Shown: positions 29,317 to 40,469 of the stretch, piece by piece
Layout of the letters: each line of letters opens with the position of its first letter
Position numbering within the stretch: position 1 is the first letter of the stretch
From: Methanobacteriota archaeon
Lineage (GTDB): Archaea > Halobacteriota > Bog-38 > Methanoflorentales > Methanoflorentaceae
Assembly: GCA_963720465.1 (NCBI GenBank)
Contig: OY970393.1
Span: 288,001 to 352,000, forward strand
DNA length: 64,000 nt
Reading direction: 5' to 3'
Position numbers and translations under genes: made by a program
The notes under the pieces: model-generated
What the model was told of the DNA's origin: nothing
Database searches by the model: none
The model's input: only the letters and a program-made list of their open reading frames with translations

Positions 29317-30564
29317 TCAATCAGCCTCGCGTTTGAAGAGCTTGTGCGCCGAGCGCATCAAGTCATCATCGTCGTTCGCCGCCGCCTCTCGCAGGGAAGC
29401 GGTGAGCTCGAACAGCAGCTTGTTGACGATCGAAGCGGTGAGGTCGTCGAGGATCTGTCGATAGTTGTCCAGATCATCCTCCCTTTGTATGCGTTTGCGC
29501 GCTTTTTCCAGTTCGCGAATTCTGAGCTCCTCTGCGCTCTGATACAAGCCCGCGATCAGCTCATTGGCGCGAGCTTTCTTGTACTGCTCTTCGAGAAGGT
29601 TTAACTCCTGACCGATGATCGCGACTACTTTTCCGATCTCAGAACGCCGCTTTTTAAGGTTGTTCTCCGTGATCTTCCGGAGGTCGTCGATGTTGTGCAG
29701 CTCGACACTGTCGATCGTTGCTACGGCCTCTTCGACGTCCCGCGGGTTGGCGATGTCGATGATGACGAGCGAGTGGCCATTTCGGCGCTGCATCGCGCGG
29801 CTCACCTGATCACGCGTCAATATGCAGTGTGGCGCGGCTGTTGCACTTATAACGAGGTCCGCTTCGCACAGGTAATCGTCGATTGTGTCAAATCGTATCG
29901 CCGTTCCGCCAAGCTGCTTGGCGAGGGTTTGGGCCCGCCGAAAGGTTCTGTTGGACACGAACATCGCTTTCAGTTTTCGTTCGGCGAGGGCGACCATCAC
30001 GAGTGTCCCCAGCTCGCCGGCCCCGATGCTCAGAATCGACTTGTCGTCGAGGGTGCCCATAAGACGTTCGGCAAGGTCGACGGCGGCAGAGCCTACGGAG
30101 ACGGAACCGCGGTTGATCTGTGTCTCGGTTCGCACGCGCTTGCCGACCTTAATAGCTTTGGAAAACGCCAAGCCTAGCTCTAGTCCCAGCGTTCGCTCTT
30201 TGCTCGCGGTTTCCACCGCGTCCTTAAGCTGACCGAGTATTTGGTCCTCGCCGACGATCATCGAATCGAGGCCCGATGCCAGGCGCATCAAGTGTCGGAG
30301 TGACTCGCGTGACTCATAGTGGGCGATGAGCTCGTGGGGCACCGACGGGAAGAAACGTGCGGTGAAAGCGGCGACGTCGAACTCGCTGTTGACGTCGAGG
30401 TAGAGCTCGATCCGGTTGCACGTCTGGACGATGGCACACTCACGAACACCGTCTGCCGAACGCATTGCCCGCAACGCGTCCTTTAGGTCGTCGATGCGGG
30501 CGCACTCGAGATCGTTAAGGCTTGCCCATTTGTGCGAGATTGAGAGGTTGGTAATCCCATTCAC
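29317..30564 (-). CDS. hemA: Glutamyl-tRNA reductase
   Basis: QTCNRIE, SGLDSMIVGEDQILGQ, GAGELG, DIANPRDV. Confidence 0.96.
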   Translation of the reverse strand: MNGITNLSISHKWASLNDLECARIDDLKDALRAMRSADGVRECAIVQTCNRIELYLDVNSEFDVAAFTARFFPSVPHELIAHYESRESLRHLMRLASGLDSMIVGEDQILGQLKDAVETASKERTLGLELGLAFSKAIKVGKRVRTETQINRGSVSVGSAAVDLAERLMGTLDDKSILSIGAGELGTLVMVALAERKLKAMFVSNRTFRRAQTLAKQLGGTAIRFDTIDDYLCEADLVISATAAPHCILTRDQVSRAMQRRNGHSLVIIDIANPRDVEEAVATIDSVELHNIDDLRKITENNLKKRRSEIGKVVAIIGQELNLLEEQYKKARANELIAGLYQSAEELRIRELEKARKRIQREDDLDNYRQILDDLTASIVNKLLFELTASLREAAANDDDDLMRSAHKLFKREAD

Positions 30565-30575
30565 GTAAGAACCCC

Positions 30576-31226
30576 TTATATCGTGGCGTGAGACTCGATT
30601 CGCTCGTGTTCCACGATTTCGAGCGCCGCGTGGAGCCCCGCGTCGTAGCTGCTCGCTAGTGCCACCCACACGCCGTGGTCACTGATGATTGACTCAAGGA
30701 TGCGCCTTCGTTCAAGCTGGCTGTCAATCTCCTTTTTTAGAATGCTTCGTAGCTCGCTTTGGAGCGTAACCATGAGGGCGACGTTCTCTATGAGCTCCTC
30801 GATGCGCAGCCTCAGAAATCGGGCTGCCGCGGGACTTTTGCCCATCGTCGAGATCCCGATGTGGATGTCGTCCTTGTGGATGACCGACGGTACGATGACC
30901 TCGCCGATGTCGTCAACCTGGTTTACGAGGATATTCATAGCCTTTGCCTGATCTGCTATTAATCCGTTGAGCGCGCGGTTGTTGGTCGCAGGAACGACAA
31001 TGAACGCGCCTTCGAGGTACTTTTTGACGTCTTTTAGATCGTCGACGATCGCGTCGATGAGCCCACTGTCTGCCATTTTCATCAGTTCAGGAGTGAAGCT
31101 CGTGCTCACTACTCTGGTCGGCCCGTAGGCGCAAAACATCTTGGCCTTCCTCTCTCCGACGTGTCCACCGCCGAATATAACGATGCACTTGTCTCTCAGG
31201 TCGATAAAAAGGGGCACGTGAGCCAT
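30576..31226 (-). CDS. sirC: Precorrin-2 dehydrogenase (SirC/CysG N-terminal family)
   Basis: PLFIDL, FGGGHVGERK, ISTMGKSPA. Confidence 0.9.
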   Translation of the reverse strand: MAHVPLFIDLRDKCIVIFGGGHVGERKAKMFCAYGPTRVVSTSFTPELMKMADSGLIDAIVDDLKDVKKYLEGAFIVVPATNNRALNGLIADQAKAMNILVNQVDDIGEVIVPSVIHKDDIHIGISTMGKSPAAARFLRLRIEELIENVALMVTLQSELRSILKKEIDSQLERRRILESIISDHGVWVALASSYDAGLHAALEIVEHERIESHATI

Positions 31227-31434
31227 AACAATGCCAATTCTGAACGGTGTGATTCGCTGATCGCTCGCCAAAATGACGCAGCGCTCGTTTTAGGATCGCC
31301 CGGCTGGTTCAAATTTCTACCACGTTATCCTCATATAAATGCTTACCTCCAGTCCGGTGGCGTGACGATCGCCGTTGCGTCTCCATTTCAGGCTAAAAAT
31401 CGCGGGAAGAGGGAAGGAGCTGTGCGTAGCCCCT

Positions 31435-32163
31435 TTACTCATGCGTCGTGCTCTCTTCGGGGGATGTCACATCGATTTCTATGTCTTTGAGCGTGCCATC
31501 ATCAGTTTTTACTACGGCAATCAGTTTGATCAGCTTTCCAGCCTGCAGGTCGATCTTTTGCGCGGATCCTTGTGACACCAATTTGCGTAGTGACTTTTGT
31601 GCCCGCCGCTTTACCATGTCACTCGGATCTTGCAGCGCCTTAGCCAACGGATCGAACGCCTTACTGTCACCGATCGTTCCTAGAGCCTTGGTTGAACTGT
31701 ATCGGATTATTGCGTCTCGGTCGGAGAGCAGTGCTATTAACGGCTCTATGGCACGCGCATCGCCTATCTGCCCAAGGGCTTCTATCGACCAGTAACGCGT
31801 GTTTAAGTCCGGGCCATCAATGACCCGTAGCAACGGCTTGACGGCTGGGCGACCGATTTTCACCAGCGCCTCGGCACAATACGCGTCGATCCCTCCCCAG
31901 GTTTTTCTGAAGGCGCTAATGAGGTACAGTATGGCGCGTGTAGAGCCGATCTCTCCCAGCGCCCAGGCGGCGTTCCGGCGTACCGACCAGTGATCGTCGT
32001 TTAGCGCCTCTATCAGGGCGTCTGTAGCGGCTTCGTCCCGCAGCTCTCCGAGCGCTTCGGCAACCTCTGACCGAATGTCTGCGTCGGGGTCTTTCAGCGC
32101 ATTAATCAGTCCGTAGAGGTTTTTTTTCTCCTTGAGGTTCGCGATGTCTGCTTTCGTTCGCAT
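31435..32163 (-). CDS. HEAT/PBS-lyase repeat protein
   Basis: Repeated L.D....R..A..ALG.IGD.A..PL units. Confidence 0.9.
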   Translation of the reverse strand: MRTKADIANLKEKKNLYGLINALKDPDADIRSEVAEALGELRDEAATDALIEALNDDHWSVRRNAAWALGEIGSTRAILYLISAFRKTWGGIDAYCAEALVKIGRPAVKPLLRVIDGPDLNTRYWSIEALGQIGDARAIEPLIALLSDRDAIIRYSSTKALGTIGDSKAFDPLAKALQDPSDMVKRRAQKSLRKLVSQGSAQKIDLQAGKLIKLIAVVKTDDGTLKDIEIDVTSPEESTTHE

Positions 32164-32216
32164 ATGCGCGCACGTTGATTGTCGTCGAGCGAGTTCCACG
32201 CGTTGTCAGTAAACGG

Positions 32217-33161
32217 CTAGCCCGTGATTTTCGCAATCGACCCGCTTTTTGAGAGCACGACGACGCGACTGACGGGAGATCCCGCGGCGACGGCGTAGCC
32301 CTCTCGTTCTGCGATATCGTGCGCAAACGACATAACGTCTTCGTACGACATCATAGCCGCGCGCGGCAGTCGTTTCCGCGAGAAGCCGAGATGCATGTAT
32401 GATTTCACCTCGACGTAGTCGGGTTCGGCCAATTCGATGAGCTTTGCATAGCCTGGCTCCCCGAAAGCGTTGACCTCGTTTGCGAGCGTGATGCGAATCG
32501 CAGTGCGTGAGGGATGATCAGCGAGAACGCGCAGTGACTCGAGCAGGTGCTCAAATCGACGCGTTCGTGGCCTGCACACCGCATAGAAATGCTCTTCATC
32601 CGGGCTATTCAGTGAGACATAAAGTTGGGTCGGGCGTACCTCTTCGAGCACCTCCGGGTGGCTGCCGTTTGACACGACGAAGGTTGTTAGGTGTTTGCTG
32701 TGATAGCGTTTGATAAGCTCGTCGAGATAAGGGTACAGCGTTGGTTCGCCGCTGAGCGAGATGGCCACTTGGCTCGGCTTATACGCTTCTTCCAGCTTGT
32801 GCATGTCCGTTGTTGGAGAGCCTTTATAGCCTGAGATAAGCCTCCTCTGTGCCGCTATCGACCCGTCGACGAGGGTTTGCGGCTCGTCGAAGGTAGGTTT
32901 CTCCGCCGGGTCATGATCAGTAGCCCTCCAGCAGTGCAGGCACTGCTGGTTGCAGTGCAGCGTCGGCGTCATTTGAATGCACCGGTGGGCGTGAATGCCA
33001 TAGAACTGCTCTTTATAGCACACGCCTTCGTTGCGGAGTGACTTTTTCAGCCAAAGACAGGGTTTGACGGCCCCCCCACAGCCTACAGCGTGATAGCCCT
33101 GTTTTGCCAGCGTCTGGCGGTACGATACCGGGGCTGACTCGTTAGCCTTCTTTCGTCGCAT
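32217..33161 (-). CDS. taw1: 4-demethylwyosine synthase (radical SAM)
   Basis: VKPCLW, CYKEQFYGI..HRC.Q.TP, CNQQCLHCWR, ISLSGEPTLY. Confidence 0.95.
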   Translation of the reverse strand: MRRKKANESAPVSYRQTLAKQGYHAVGCGGAVKPCLWLKKSLRNEGVCYKEQFYGIHAHRCIQMTPTLHCNQQCLHCWRATDHDPAEKPTFDEPQTLVDGSIAAQRRLISGYKGSPTTDMHKLEEAYKPSQVAISLSGEPTLYPYLDELIKRYHSKHLTTFVVSNGSHPEVLEEVRPTQLYVSLNSPDEEHFYAVCRPRTRRFEHLLESLRVLADHPSRTAIRITLANEVNAFGEPGYAKLIELAEPDYVEVKSYMHLGFSRKRLPRAAMMSYEDVMSFAHDIAEREGYAVAAGSPVSRVVVLSKSGSIAKITG

Positions 33162-33181
33162 GACGGGCGCTCCCTTTACGC

Positions 33182-34852
33182 TTACATCGAATCGACAGGT
33201 TCGATTCCGAGACAATTGAGTACGTTTCGTAACACGATGCGCGCACACGTTACCAAAGCTAGCCGTGCGCGGGACATCGCGGGCTCTGCGGAGAGCACGG
33301 GCATGAACCGATAGAACTGATTAAACGCCTCAGCAAGCTCACGCGCATAGGCGGCTAGCGCGCTTACGCTCAGGTTCACCGTCACGTCTTCGATCACTGC
33401 GGGAAACAGCGCACACAGCTTTATGAGCTTCACCTCGTATTCGTCGGTCAGCAAGTCCGGCTCGTACTGATTGTCGAACGTGGTTTTTATGAGAATGTTC
33501 GTCGCGCGCGCGTGCGCGTACTGTAGAAACGGCCCTCCCTGACGTTCGAAATCGAGGGCTTCGTTCCAGTCAAAGACCATCGGCTTGTCAGCCGACACCC
33601 GGAGCATGTCGTAACGCGTCGCGCCGATGCCCACAGCTTGTGCTATCGCGCGCTTTTCGTTTTCTGACAGCGTCGGGCGCCGCTTGGCGACCTCCTCGTA
33701 CGCTTTTTCGGTCACCCTTTCTAATACCTCGTCGGCGCTGACGAAGTGGCCGCGACGCGTGCTCATTGAGCCTTCTGGCAGCGAGACGAACTCAAAAAAG
33801 ACGACCTCGGGAGCGTTGATGCTGAGGAGCTCGAGCGCTTTGCCGACCTGAAGGGCAGCGAGCTTGTGGTCGGCGCCGAGCACGTCGATCATGCGGTTGC
33901 ATCGTCCCGCCTTCCAGACGTGATAGGCGATATCGCGCGTTGCGTACACCGACGTGCCGTCGGAGCGCCGCACTACGAGGTTCTTGCTGATTCCGAACGG
34001 CGACAAATCAACGTGCGTTGACCCGTCACGTTCAGTGACCCCGTGACTTTGCAGCTCGGCGATGATGCCGTCGATGTCGTCGAGGAACTCGCTCTCCCAC
34101 ACAAACCGATCGTGAGCGACGTGCAGGTTTTTGAGGGTCTTGCTGATGCCGCGCAAGCAAAACTCGACCGCGTCCTTGAAAAGCCACTGTACGTCTTGAT
34201 CGCCGCTTTCGAAGAGCTGCATGAGCTGCCGGACCTCAACCAGCTTTGCGGGGTGGAGTTCCACATCAGCGTTCGCCTTGACATATATGTCGGCGGTGGC
34301 GTGATCTGACTTCTTTCCCTCGGTGAGCGCGAAGTTCATGATGCCCCAGACGACCAGCGCAATCTGTCGGCCCATATCGTTGACGTAGTATTGGGTTTCC
34401 ACGCGGTACCCCGCCTGCTGCAGACAGCGCTTGAGCGTGTCGCCGATCACCGAGTTACGAATGTGACCAACGTGCAGGGGTCCGTTAGGATTCGCTGACG
34501 TGTGTTCGAGAACCACTGACCCCTTGGCGTCAATGTTGCCGTAGTCACGGTCTGCCTCAAGCACGGTGCGAAGCGTATGATGTAGGTAGTCGTCGCTCGC
34601 GAAGAAGTTAAGGTACGGTCCGGCTGCCTCGGCCCGCACTACGAGCTCGTCAGCGCCGAGGTATTCGGCGACGTTTTGCGCAATCTCCTGAGGCTTCAGC
34701 CTGAGGACGGGCGCGAGCTTAAAGGCTATGAGGCTGGTCAGATCGGCGTAGCCGGGCTTGACGGTAAGTGCGAGATGGTCGCTCGGATACTGGCACTTTT
34801 CCAACGCTCCAACTAATAGCTGCTCGACGTGCCTGCGGAAAGTCAGAAACAC
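33182..34852 (-). CDS. argS: Arginine--tRNA ligase
   Basis: EHTSANPNGPLHVGH, MSTRRG, FLQYAHAR. Confidence 0.97.
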   Translation of the reverse strand: MFLTFRRHVEQLLVGALEKCQYPSDHLALTVKPGYADLTSLIAFKLAPVLRLKPQEIAQNVAEYLGADELVVRAEAAGPYLNFFASDDYLHHTLRTVLEADRDYGNIDAKGSVVLEHTSANPNGPLHVGHIRNSVIGDTLKRCLQQAGYRVETQYYVNDMGRQIALVVWGIMNFALTEGKKSDHATADIYVKANADVELHPAKLVEVRQLMQLFESGDQDVQWLFKDAVEFCLRGISKTLKNLHVAHDRFVWESEFLDDIDGIIAELQSHGVTERDGSTHVDLSPFGISKNLVVRRSDGTSVYATRDIAYHVWKAGRCNRMIDVLGADHKLAALQVGKALELLSINAPEVVFFEFVSLPEGSMSTRRGHFVSADEVLERVTEKAYEEVAKRRPTLSENEKRAIAQAVGIGATRYDMLRVSADKPMVFDWNEALDFERQGGPFLQYAHARATNILIKTTFDNQYEPDLLTDEYEVKLIKLCALFPAVIEDVTVNLSVSALAAYARELAEAFNQFYRFMPVLSAEPAMSRARLALVTCARIVLRNVLNCLGIEPVDSM

Positions 34853-34861
34853 GAGGCCTCC

Positions 34862-36094
34862 TTAGTGCTCGTCGATCGCAAAGCGCAGAATTGCTGCGAT
34901 GCCACCGAATGCTCGCATAAGCTGCTCTCCCTCGTTGAAGTCGGTCGAGATGAATTCGACTGCCGTGCCCGTATCTCCCGCTCGGCGGATGAGCTCATCT
35001 ACGACATCTTCCTCGCGTACCCGTTCCATGGTGCCCTCACACTTGGGGCACACCCCCGCCCCTTTGATCCCGCGAATCGTCTCCTCGAGCGTGAATCCGC
35101 ACAGAGGACAGCTGTTGGTCACGCGCTGGATGCGAAGTGCCTCTGAGAGAAGGAGGGTGTCGACAGCGCCCACCTGCAGTGCCTTTCGCACCTGTTTCTC
35201 TCCGTAGGTCGCCTTGTTGGAATCGTGCACGAGCTCCTTGAGGAAGCGTTCTACTACGTTCTTCTCGCGCATCAAGTCGAGCTCTTGCAGCACTTCGGCG
35301 CCGTTTTCGACAAGTTCGGAGAGGCCGAACTCGTCCGTGTAGGAGGCGTCAAACGCCCCAAGAATCCGCTGCTGCAGTTCGTGATGGAGGTACTCACCGT
35401 CGACGAATTCTTCCTTGGTCGGGCTGGGGCCCCCGATGAGCACGCCTTTGAGTTCAGGGTGTTGGAGAAACTCGTTGTTTGCGGCCTCGCCTATGCGTTT
35501 GAAGAACTCGTGAATGGCGATGAGCCGCAGGCGCTCAAAACGGCGCTGCGACTGCCCGCCCTTCGTGTGTTTGCCTGGGACCCCTGAAGTGAGGTGCTTT
35601 GTCGGCTCGATGCGCTTGCCGTTGAGGATGCCGACCGTCGCTTCGTTTCGGTCAAGCACGACGAGTCCGAAAACGTCCTTTTCCTTAAGCATTTCCTTGA
35701 GCGGCTCGAGGTTGAAGGTTGAATCGCAGCGGTACTGATATGATTTGATGGGTTCGATCGGCTCAACGACGAGCGTTTCCATGGTCGTCTTATCGCCGCC
35801 GAGCGAGATCGTCCCGGTGAAGATTACGATGCCTTTTGACGGCGGAAAACGATAGTACTTGAGGCGCGACATGATCGACGAGAGCGCGCTCTGCACGTTG
35901 GTGCGCGTGCTCTTCGACTTGATGTTCGCCGCCTGGCCGTACTCGTCGCGAAGCTGACTCGTCACGTCTGAGATCTGCTTGTCGGGCGGGATGTAAATGG
36001 TGATGAGTTCCGTGGCTTGGCCTTTCTTGCCCTCAAGGTTCTCGATAACGCGCTTGAATTCGTAGCGTTTTATTGATTCGATTGGGTCGCTCAT
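34862..36094 (-). CDS. prf1: Peptide chain release factor aRF1
   Basis: NIKS, YRCD, GGQS motifs. Confidence 0.97.
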   Translation of the reverse strand: MSDPIESIKRYEFKRVIENLEGKKGQATELITIYIPPDKQISDVTSQLRDEYGQAANIKSKSTRTNVQSALSSIMSRLKYYRFPPSKGIVIFTGTISLGGDKTTMETLVVEPIEPIKSYQYRCDSTFNLEPLKEMLKEKDVFGLVVLDRNEATVGILNGKRIEPTKHLTSGVPGKHTKGGQSQRRFERLRLIAIHEFFKRIGEAANNEFLQHPELKGVLIGGPSPTKEEFVDGEYLHHELQQRILGAFDASYTDEFGLSELVENGAEVLQELDLMREKNVVERFLKELVHDSNKATYGEKQVRKALQVGAVDTLLLSEALRIQRVTNSCPLCGFTLEETIRGIKGAGVCPKCEGTMERVREEDVVDELIRRAGDTGTAVEFISTDFNEGEQLMRAFGGIAAILRFAIDEH

Positions 36095-36346
36095 ATCGGT
36101 AGATCCCTGCCTCGCACACGGACAAAAAGTTAAAAAGGACCACGCGTCTCGCGGCTGGTCGCTCGACAGAGGATATAGTGAGCGCTTTATTTAAAAACCT
36201 TTTAGCGCGTATACAGCCAAGCAGGGCGAGGGAAGCTATATATGGCCGCGGGACAAAAGTATATAGTGTACGAGGCGCTTGAGCGGTCCGTTCTGTGACC
36301 GGATGCTGCAATGAGCTTCGCACCGTTGCTTGTTACAGGAGTCTAC

Positions 36347-36577
36347 ATGTGTCTTGCAATTCCTGCAGAGGTTATTAAGGTCGAAGGGAATAAAGGCGTC
36401 GTCGACTACGGCGGTTTGGAACAGGAGATAAGCCTGGATCTCGTTGAGGACGTCCGCCCGGGGGACTACGTGCTGATCCACGTCGGCTTCGCCATCGAGA
36501 AGCTGAGTAAGGAAGCTGCGCTCGAAACGCTTGCGATTTTTAAGGAGTTGGAAGAGCTCGAGCAGGAAAATGCATGA
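36347..36577 (+). CDS. hypC: Hydrogenase maturation chaperone HypC
   Basis: MCLAIPA, GDYVLIHVGFAI. Confidence 0.95.
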   Translation: MCLAIPAEVIKVEGNKGVVDYGGLEQEISLDLVEDVRPGDYVLIHVGFAIEKLSKEAALETLAIFKELEELEQENA

Positions 36578-36920
36578 GTTTGGCATCGCGACCGAGATCG
36601 TCAACGTCGTGACAGAAACGGTCGAAAGCAGACCGGTGAAACGGCTGATCTCGGTGACCGTTGAGGTCGGTCAGCTCGCGATGGTGAACCCTGAGCAGCT
36701 CAAGTTCTCTTTTGAAATGATTACTGAAGGCGGCCCCTTTGAGGGCGCAGAAATGAGAGTCGAAACGCTTCCCGCCGTCGCTAAGTGCAAGTGCGGCTTT
36801 GAGGGTGCGTTGGGCGACGAAGACTACGTGTGTCCTAAGTGCGGTGGCATGTACGAGCTGCTGGCAGGAAGGGGCATCTGTATTAAGAATCTCGAGGTTG
36901 AGCTCGAAGACGAGAGCTAG
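36570..36920 (+). CDS. hypA: Hydrogenase nickel chaperone HypA
   Basis: MHE start, VGQL..V.PEQL.F.F, CKCG/CPKCG. Confidence 0.93.
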   Translation: MHEFGIATEIVNVVTETVESRPVKRLISVTVEVGQLAMVNPEQLKFSFEMITEGGPFEGAEMRVETLPAVAKCKCGFEGALGDEDYVCPKCGGMYELLAGRGICIKNLEVELEDES

Positions 36921-36940
36921 ACGGCGAGGCGGACTGAATC

Positions 36941-37975
36941 ATGCAAACGCAAGGAGCAAAGGACGACGAACACGTAAGCTTGCTTCATGGGGCTGGCGGC
37001 GAGATGATGAACGCCCTCATCGCCGACGTTCTGACGAAGATCAAGAATACGAACGTCGGCGGCATTGGTTTGGAATCATTGGACGATGGCGCGGCCATTC
37101 CGCTGGCTCAAGGTGGCTATCTCGTACTCGCCACAGACACCCATGTGGTCAAGCCGATCTTCTTTCCCGGAGGGGATATCGGAAGGCTGTCGATATCTGG
37201 AACGGTCAACGACCTGGCCATGATGGGCGCGGCGCCGCTCGCGCTGACAAGCGCGATTGTTATGGAGGATGGCTTTGCGATCAGCGATTTGCGCAGGATT
37301 GTGGCATCGATGGATGAGGCGACTCAGGAGGTAGATGCAGCGATCGTGACTGGTGATACCAAAGTCGTAGAGAAGGGCGCACTTGACAAGATACTCATTA
37401 ACACGGCGGGGATCGGTTTTGTAGAGAAGCCGGTGCGGGACTGCGGTCTGAAGCCCGGGAATAAGCTCATCATCACAGGCACGATCGGCGATCACGGCAT
37501 CGCGGTGCTTGCCAAGCGGGAGGACTTCCACTTTCGCACGGAGCTGCGCTCGGATGTCGCCCCGATCTGGTACACCGTTAAGGCCGCACTCGACGTTGAC
37601 GCTTCTGCAATAACGGCCATGAAGGATCCCACGAGGGGTGGCGTGGCGAGCGCTCTGAACGACATGGCACGTAAAAGCGGCGTGGAGATCGTAATCGAGG
37701 AAAAGCTTCTGCCGATTAATCAGTCAATACAGGCTGCTGCTGAAATGTTGGGAATTGACGTGCTGGAAGTTGCCAATGAGGGGAAGGCGATTATCGGCGT
37801 AGAGGCCGACAGAGCTGAGGCAGTGCTCAATGCGATTAAGAAGACCAAGTATGGGAGAGTCGCTGCTATAATTGGCGAGGTTAGAACCGGCAAAAAAGTC
37901 CTGATGACGACACGTATCGGCGGAACCCGCTTTGTGGATGCCCCCCTAGGCGATCCCGTGCCTCGCGTGTGCTGA
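36941..37975 (+). CDS. hypE: Hydrogenase maturation protein HypE
   Basis: HGAGG, FFPGGDIG, GTVNDL, DPTRGG, C-terminal PRVC. Confidence 0.96.
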   Translation: MQTQGAKDDEHVSLLHGAGGEMMNALIADVLTKIKNTNVGGIGLESLDDGAAIPLAQGGYLVLATDTHVVKPIFFPGGDIGRLSISGTVNDLAMMGAAPLALTSAIVMEDGFAISDLRRIVASMDEATQEVDAAIVTGDTKVVEKGALDKILINTAGIGFVEKPVRDCGLKPGNKLIITGTIGDHGIAVLAKREDFHFRTELRSDVAPIWYTVKAALDVDASAITAMKDPTRGGVASALNDMARKSGVEIVIEEKLLPINQSIQAAAEMLGIDVLEVANEGKAIIGVEADRAEAVLNAIKKTKYGRVAAIIGEVRTGKKVLMTTRIGGTRFVDAPLGDPVPRVC

Positions 37976-38019
37976 GCACTCACGCAGTTCTGAATTGCTT
38001 TTAGTGCTCGCGCTCCTTC

Positions 38020-38139
38020 GCAGAAAGCTCTATTATCAATGCTCGGCTAGATCAATGCTCGGCTAGCAAGCTGTGCTGTGTCAGGCCGTCACTTGGCGTG
38101 CGCAAGCCCGAGTAGTGTAGCGGCCTATCGTAGAGACCC
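38020..38139 (+). repeat. Decayed copy of tRNA-Asp promoter + 5' half (oldest att-like junction) with 16-bp tandem duplication 38035-38066
   Basis: gcagaaagctctattatcaat...gcgtgcgcaagcccgagtagtgtagcggcctatc matches 41799-41892 and 59055-59148. Confidence 0.85.
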
Positions 38140-38289
38140 CTCCAGCTTTTCTCCTCTTTTTAACTCTTGTCGCAGAACTACAGGCTATTTTGCGATCGCT
38201 GAGCGGGTGCCATAGTACCATCCTGACAAGTGAAATGGCGCAGGAGGATCTCTACCCGATCAACGAGGTCGCTAAAATCTCCGGTAAGC

Positions 38290-38490
38290 TGCAGTCCACA
38301 TTTTCGCGAGGCTAGCTAGCAAATTACAAAAAGTGGCATGCTGCCGGTCTCGATGACAAGAGGATTAACTGGATGGCAAAGCGACCGCGACGCACGAATG
38401 GCATAATCAGGAAGGCAACCACACATGCTGTGCGAGACGCCGCCTTAGATAGATACAAGCGCGAATACGCGAAACGCAAGGTGTCCGTAG
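38290..38490 (+). pseudogene. Integrase remnant (start of int(C))
   Basis: LANYKKWHAAGLDDKRINWM...GII...AVRDAAL..Y...YAKRKV matches LNHYKKWRIEGLDRKSSNWM...AVRDVALTKY...YSKRKV of 41982-42953. Confidence 0.8.
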
Positions 38491-38786
38491 TCAGCGGTGA
38501 GACTATCTTGTCCTTCTTCAGTTCAGGAACACCGACGCCGGTATCGTGAACCTTAATAGCAACAGTGTCGTCTAAGCGAGAGGCGCTGATGGTCAGCTCC
38601 CGTCATCGGGCACCGCCGTACCGAGTTCAAAATAAGGTTGGCGAAGACGCGGTGCATGACGTACGGTTCGGGTCATCTGTCGATTCGCGGTGATGATGAC
38701 GGGAACGTTATGGCGCTTTGCTACTTTTGGTGTAGGGCTCCATCCCGGCGTCAGCCGCTGAATCAGATCAAGAGTAGGCTGTTGCC

Positions 38787-39143
<357 letters not shown>

Positions 39144-39187
39144 CTAGCTCGATCTGTGCCATGCGCCAGCGCGTACCGCTTTCCGGT

Positions 39188-40408
39188 CTAGATGCGATAC
39201 GCAATTTCGTCGTGCGTTGACAAATCGAGCCCTTGCTCTTCATCGTCAGAACCTACACGCAGGCCAATTGTTAAGTCTATCGATTTGGCGATGACCAGAG
39301 TTACGACAAACGAGTACGCAAATGTGACGGCAATGCCCAACGCTTGCACCGCGAGTTGATGCGCGTTGCCGTAGAGTAAGCCGGTTCCAGCCGCGTTGAT
39401 GAACGGGCTCGCAAAAAGACCGACAGCAAGCACACCCCAGATTCCTGAGAACCCGTGAATGCCGAAGACGTCGAGAGCATCGTCGTAGCCGAGCCGTGGC
39501 TTGATGTATGAAATGGCGGTATACGAAATGAGCGCCGCGCCGAATCCGATAACCATGGTGCTCATCACATTGACGAACCCGGCCGCAGGTGTGATCGCAG
39601 CAAGTCCGGCAATGGCGCCTGACGCCGCGCCGAGCAGCGTCACCTTGCCGAAGCGAAGGTACTCGATGAGCATCCACACGAGCAAGCCGACGGCAGCTGA
39701 GGTGTTTGTCACAATAAACGCCGAAGTCGCGAGCTGTCCAGCGGCGAGAGCCGAGCCGGCGTTAAATCCAAACCAGCCTACCCAGAGGAGCCCGGCGCCG
39801 AGGATGGAATAGGCGAGCTGTTGTGGGAACAATCTCTTGTCCTGCCGTGGCTTAAGGAGGAGGACGAGGGCAAGAGCCGCGACCCCACTGTTTATATGGA
39901 CGACAATGCCTCCTGCAAAGTCGAGAACGCCGAGTTGTGCGAGCCATCCGCCTCCCCAGACCCAGTGCGCGACCGGCAGGTAAACGAGCGTGAGCCACAG
40001 CGGAATGAAAAGCATCCACGCACCGAACTTGATGCGCTCGACAAGTGCGCCGGAGATAAGAGCGACGGTAATCGCTGCAAACGCCATCTCAAATACTGCG
40101 TAGAGCCCTAGCGGGATCGTGCCGTACAACGCATGCGATTCAAGGACGCCTTGGAAGAAGGGATTGGTCGGTATTCCGATAATCCCGTGGATGTCACTCC
40201 CAAAGACCGTTCCATAGCCGCAGATAAACCAAATCACGCTCACGACTGCATAAGCTGCAAACGACAAAAATAGCGTGTTTAGCACGTTTTCTTTTTTTAC
40301 CAACCCGGAATAGAACAGGGCGAGCCCCGGGATGGTCATCAGGATGACAAGTGCCGTCGAGATGAGCATCCAGGCCGTATCACCAGAATTCAAGACTGCT
40401 ATGACCAT
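39188..40408 (-). CDS. amtB: Ammonium transporter
   Basis: [43 protein letters not shown]. Confidence 0.97.
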   Translation of the reverse strand: MVIAVLNSGDTAWMLISTALVILMTIPGLALFYSGLVKKENVLNTLFLSFAAYAVVSVIWFICGYGTVFGSDIHGIIGIPTNPFFQGVLESHALYGTIPLGLYAVFEMAFAAITVALISGALVERIKFGAWMLFIPLWLTLVYLPVAHWVWGGGWLAQLGVLDFAGGIVVHINSGVAALALVLLLKPRQDKRLFPQQLAYSILGAGLLWVGWFGFNAGSALAAGQLATSAFIVTNTSAAVGLLVWMLIEYLRFGKVTLLGAASGAIAGLAAITPAAGFVNVMSTMVIGFGAALISYTAISYIKPRLGYDDALDVFGIHGFSGIWGVLAVGLFASPFINAAGTGLLYGNAHQLAVQALGIAVTFAYSFVVTLVIAKSIDLTIGLRVGSDDEEQGLDLSTHDEIAYRI

Positions 40409-40455
40409 ATTATCCTCCAAGTCTCTAACGACCGAGAGCCCGTAGCTCGCGAGTC

Positions 40456-40469
40456 GGAAGGCGGAATCC
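40456..40469. promoter_or_regulatory. Putative NrpR-type nitrogen operator
   Basis: GGAA-ggcgga-ATCC (one mismatch to GGAA-N6-TTCC) ~25 nt downstream of a minus-strand TTTATA box serving amtB. Confidence 0.5.

Noticed and set aside
38490-38786. ORFs 38593-38790 and 38638-39147
   Set aside because: No recognisable features; the second is antisense to glnK.
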